Origin: Candidatus Zixiibacteriota bacterium
GTDB lineage: Bacteria; Zixibacteria; MSB-5A5; UBA10806; 4484-95
NCBI GenBank assembly: GCA_029932605.1
Contig: JAOZPT010000052.1
Location: forward strand, 1 to 16,827
DNA: 16,827 nucleotides
Direction: 5' to 3'
Under the pieces are notes generated by a model that was given only the letters and a program-made list of their open reading frames with translations, made no database searches and had not been told where the DNA came from. Made by a program: the position numbers and the translations under genes. Each line of letters begins with the position of its first letter. The stretch's first letter is position 1. Positions 15,627-16,827 of this stretch are shown piece by piece.

Positions 15627-16739
15627 TCATTTGTGTGAACCTTTCTTATAAAAAGGTGTTTTGACAACCGTTGCAGGATGTTTTTGTCCGCGCACCTCTA
15701 TTTCTATATGCGTACCTGGATTAGAGAGCTCCAATGGAAGATATCCCATACCTATCCCTTTTCTCAATAATGGTGAAAACATTCCGGATGTCACCTCACC
15801 AACCTTAACTCTATCGTGGATAATAGGATAATGTTGGCGAGGGAAAACATTACCTTCAACCTCAAAACCGATAAGTTTGCGTTTGATACCCTCCTTTTTA
15901 ACCTTAAGAAGAGCTTCACTGCCAATGAAATCACCTTTACTGAATTTCACTACCCAGCCCAAACCTGCCTCTAAAGGATTTGTGTTTTCGGAAATGTCAT
16001 TGCCATAAAGCGCAAACTTCATCTCAAGCCTGAGAGAATCACGTGCTCCAAGCCCGATTGCCCCACCGCCTTTCTGCTTTACCACCTTGAATATGGGCTC
16101 CCACATTTTTTCAGCTAGCTTTTTAGAGAAATATAGCTCGAAACCGTCCTCACCGGTGTAACCGGTTCGAGATAGAAGGATCCTGTTACCGGCAACTGTG
16201 ACATAGTCAGCATGGTAGTATTTCAAATTATCCAAGGGATAGTCTGTTAATTTCGCCAGGACATCGGAAGCTAAAGGCCCCTGGATAGCCAGAAGCGCTG
16301 TTTCATCGGAACTGTTAGTGAGTTTAATGCCATTAGGAAGGTGTTTTTGTATATGAGCGAAATCTTTGTTAATATTAGCAGCGTTTACAACAAGCAGGAA
16401 ACGGTCTTTAAGGTTATATACAAGAAGGTCATCGACAATTCCGCCATTTTCATAACACATGCAGGTGTACATCACTTGGTTTTCAATAAGCCTGTCCAAG
16501 TCGTTGGTAACAAGGTGTTGGATGAAATCCTTTGCCCCAGCGCCGGTTATTTCAAATTCGCCCATATGAGACAGGTCGAACAAACCTACGGTGGTCCGAA
16601 CGCGTTTATGTTCGGCAGTAATTGAATCGTACATCACCGGCATCAAATATCCGGCAAAAGGTATTATTTTGGCGTTTAGTTCCTTATGAATATCATAAAA
16701 CGGTGTTTTTTTAGTGTTTTTATTACTTAGGTCAACCAT
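15627..16739 (-). CDS. gcvT: Glycine cleavage system aminomethyltransferase T
   Basis: KTPFYDIH, FAGYLMPVMY, GLFDLSHMG, GGIVDDL, SRTGYTGEDGFE, GLGARDSLRLE and GEVTSG. SD GGAGG (16748-16744) favours the ATG at 16739 over the GTG at 16760. Confidence 0.97.
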   Translation of the reverse strand: MVDLSNKNTKKTPFYDIHKELNAKIIPFAGYLMPVMYDSITAEHKRVRTTVGLFDLSHMGEFEITGAGAKDFIQHLVTNDLDRLIENQVMYTCMCYENGGIVDDLLVYNLKDRFLLVVNAANINKDFAHIQKHLPNGIKLTNSSDETALLAIQGPLASDVLAKLTDYPLDNLKYYHADYVTVAGNRILLSRTGYTGEDGFELYFSKKLAEKMWEPIFKVVKQKGGGAIGLGARDSLRLEMKFALYGNDISENTNPLEAGLGWVVKFSKGDFIGSEALLKVKKEGIKRKLIGFEVEGNVFPRQHYPIIHDRVKVGEVTSGMFSPLLRKGIGMGYLPLELSNPGTHIEIEVRGQKHPATVVKTPFYKKGSHK

Positions 16740-16762
16740 AATTCCTCCAAATATCCCCACTG

Positions 16763-16791
16763 ATAATAAGTTTAAAAAATAATGCCGTCAA
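16763..16791 (-). promoter_or_regulatory. Putative sigma70 promoter for gcvT-comB
   Basis: Minus strand reads TTGACG (16791-16786), 17 nt, TATTAT (16768-16763), close to consensus. Confidence 0.7.
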
Positions 16792-16827
16792 TCGAATTTG
16801 TTAGAGTAATCAATATCAAATTATCAG

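Noticed and set aside
1016..16625. Antisense ORFs in the track (e.g. 1016-1471, 2461-2919, 3508-3930, 4957-5454, 15168-15638, 16341-16625) and short same-strand overlaps (7788-8003, 12422-12607, 13812-14039)
   Set aside because: They lie on or across well-supported genes or the tRNA, show no recognisable motifs, and are expected shadow frames.
16740..16827. Glycine riboswitch upstream of gcvT
   Set aside because: A near-consensus promoter sits 23 nt before the ATG, leaving no room, and no aptamer motif is visible.

Overview
A mostly housekeeping bacterial window with AT-rich intergenic gaps and nearly all genes on the minus strand. The envelope proteins point to a diderm of the FCB group, possibly Zixibacteria-like (inference). 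In coordinate order it holds trkH-trkA, an MscS channel, pyrF-pyrD-pyrK translationally coupled to an 834-aa TPR lipoprotein with a C-terminal TonB-like domain, a two-gene unit of a FadL/OmpP1 channel and an esterase lipoprotein, asnS, tRNA-Val(TAC), a frameshifted and truncated LVIVD-repeat gene, a comB-like phosphatase and gcvT. Four signals stand out. (1) The Bacteroidota O-glycosylation sequon D-[S/T]-[A/I/L/M/T/V] is about ten-fold enriched in the two lipoproteins compared with the cytoplasmic proteins. (2) The TPR + D-S/T-rich linker + TonB_C lipoprotein is an unusual architecture. (3) The FadL + esterase unit looks like a lipid-foraging module and has a structured G-rich 5' leader. (4) An integrase att-like scar (IHF-like site plus 11-bp-phased GTCA repeats) lies just 3' of the tRNA, next to the broken gene. 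All calls come from reading motifs by eye; no searches were run.
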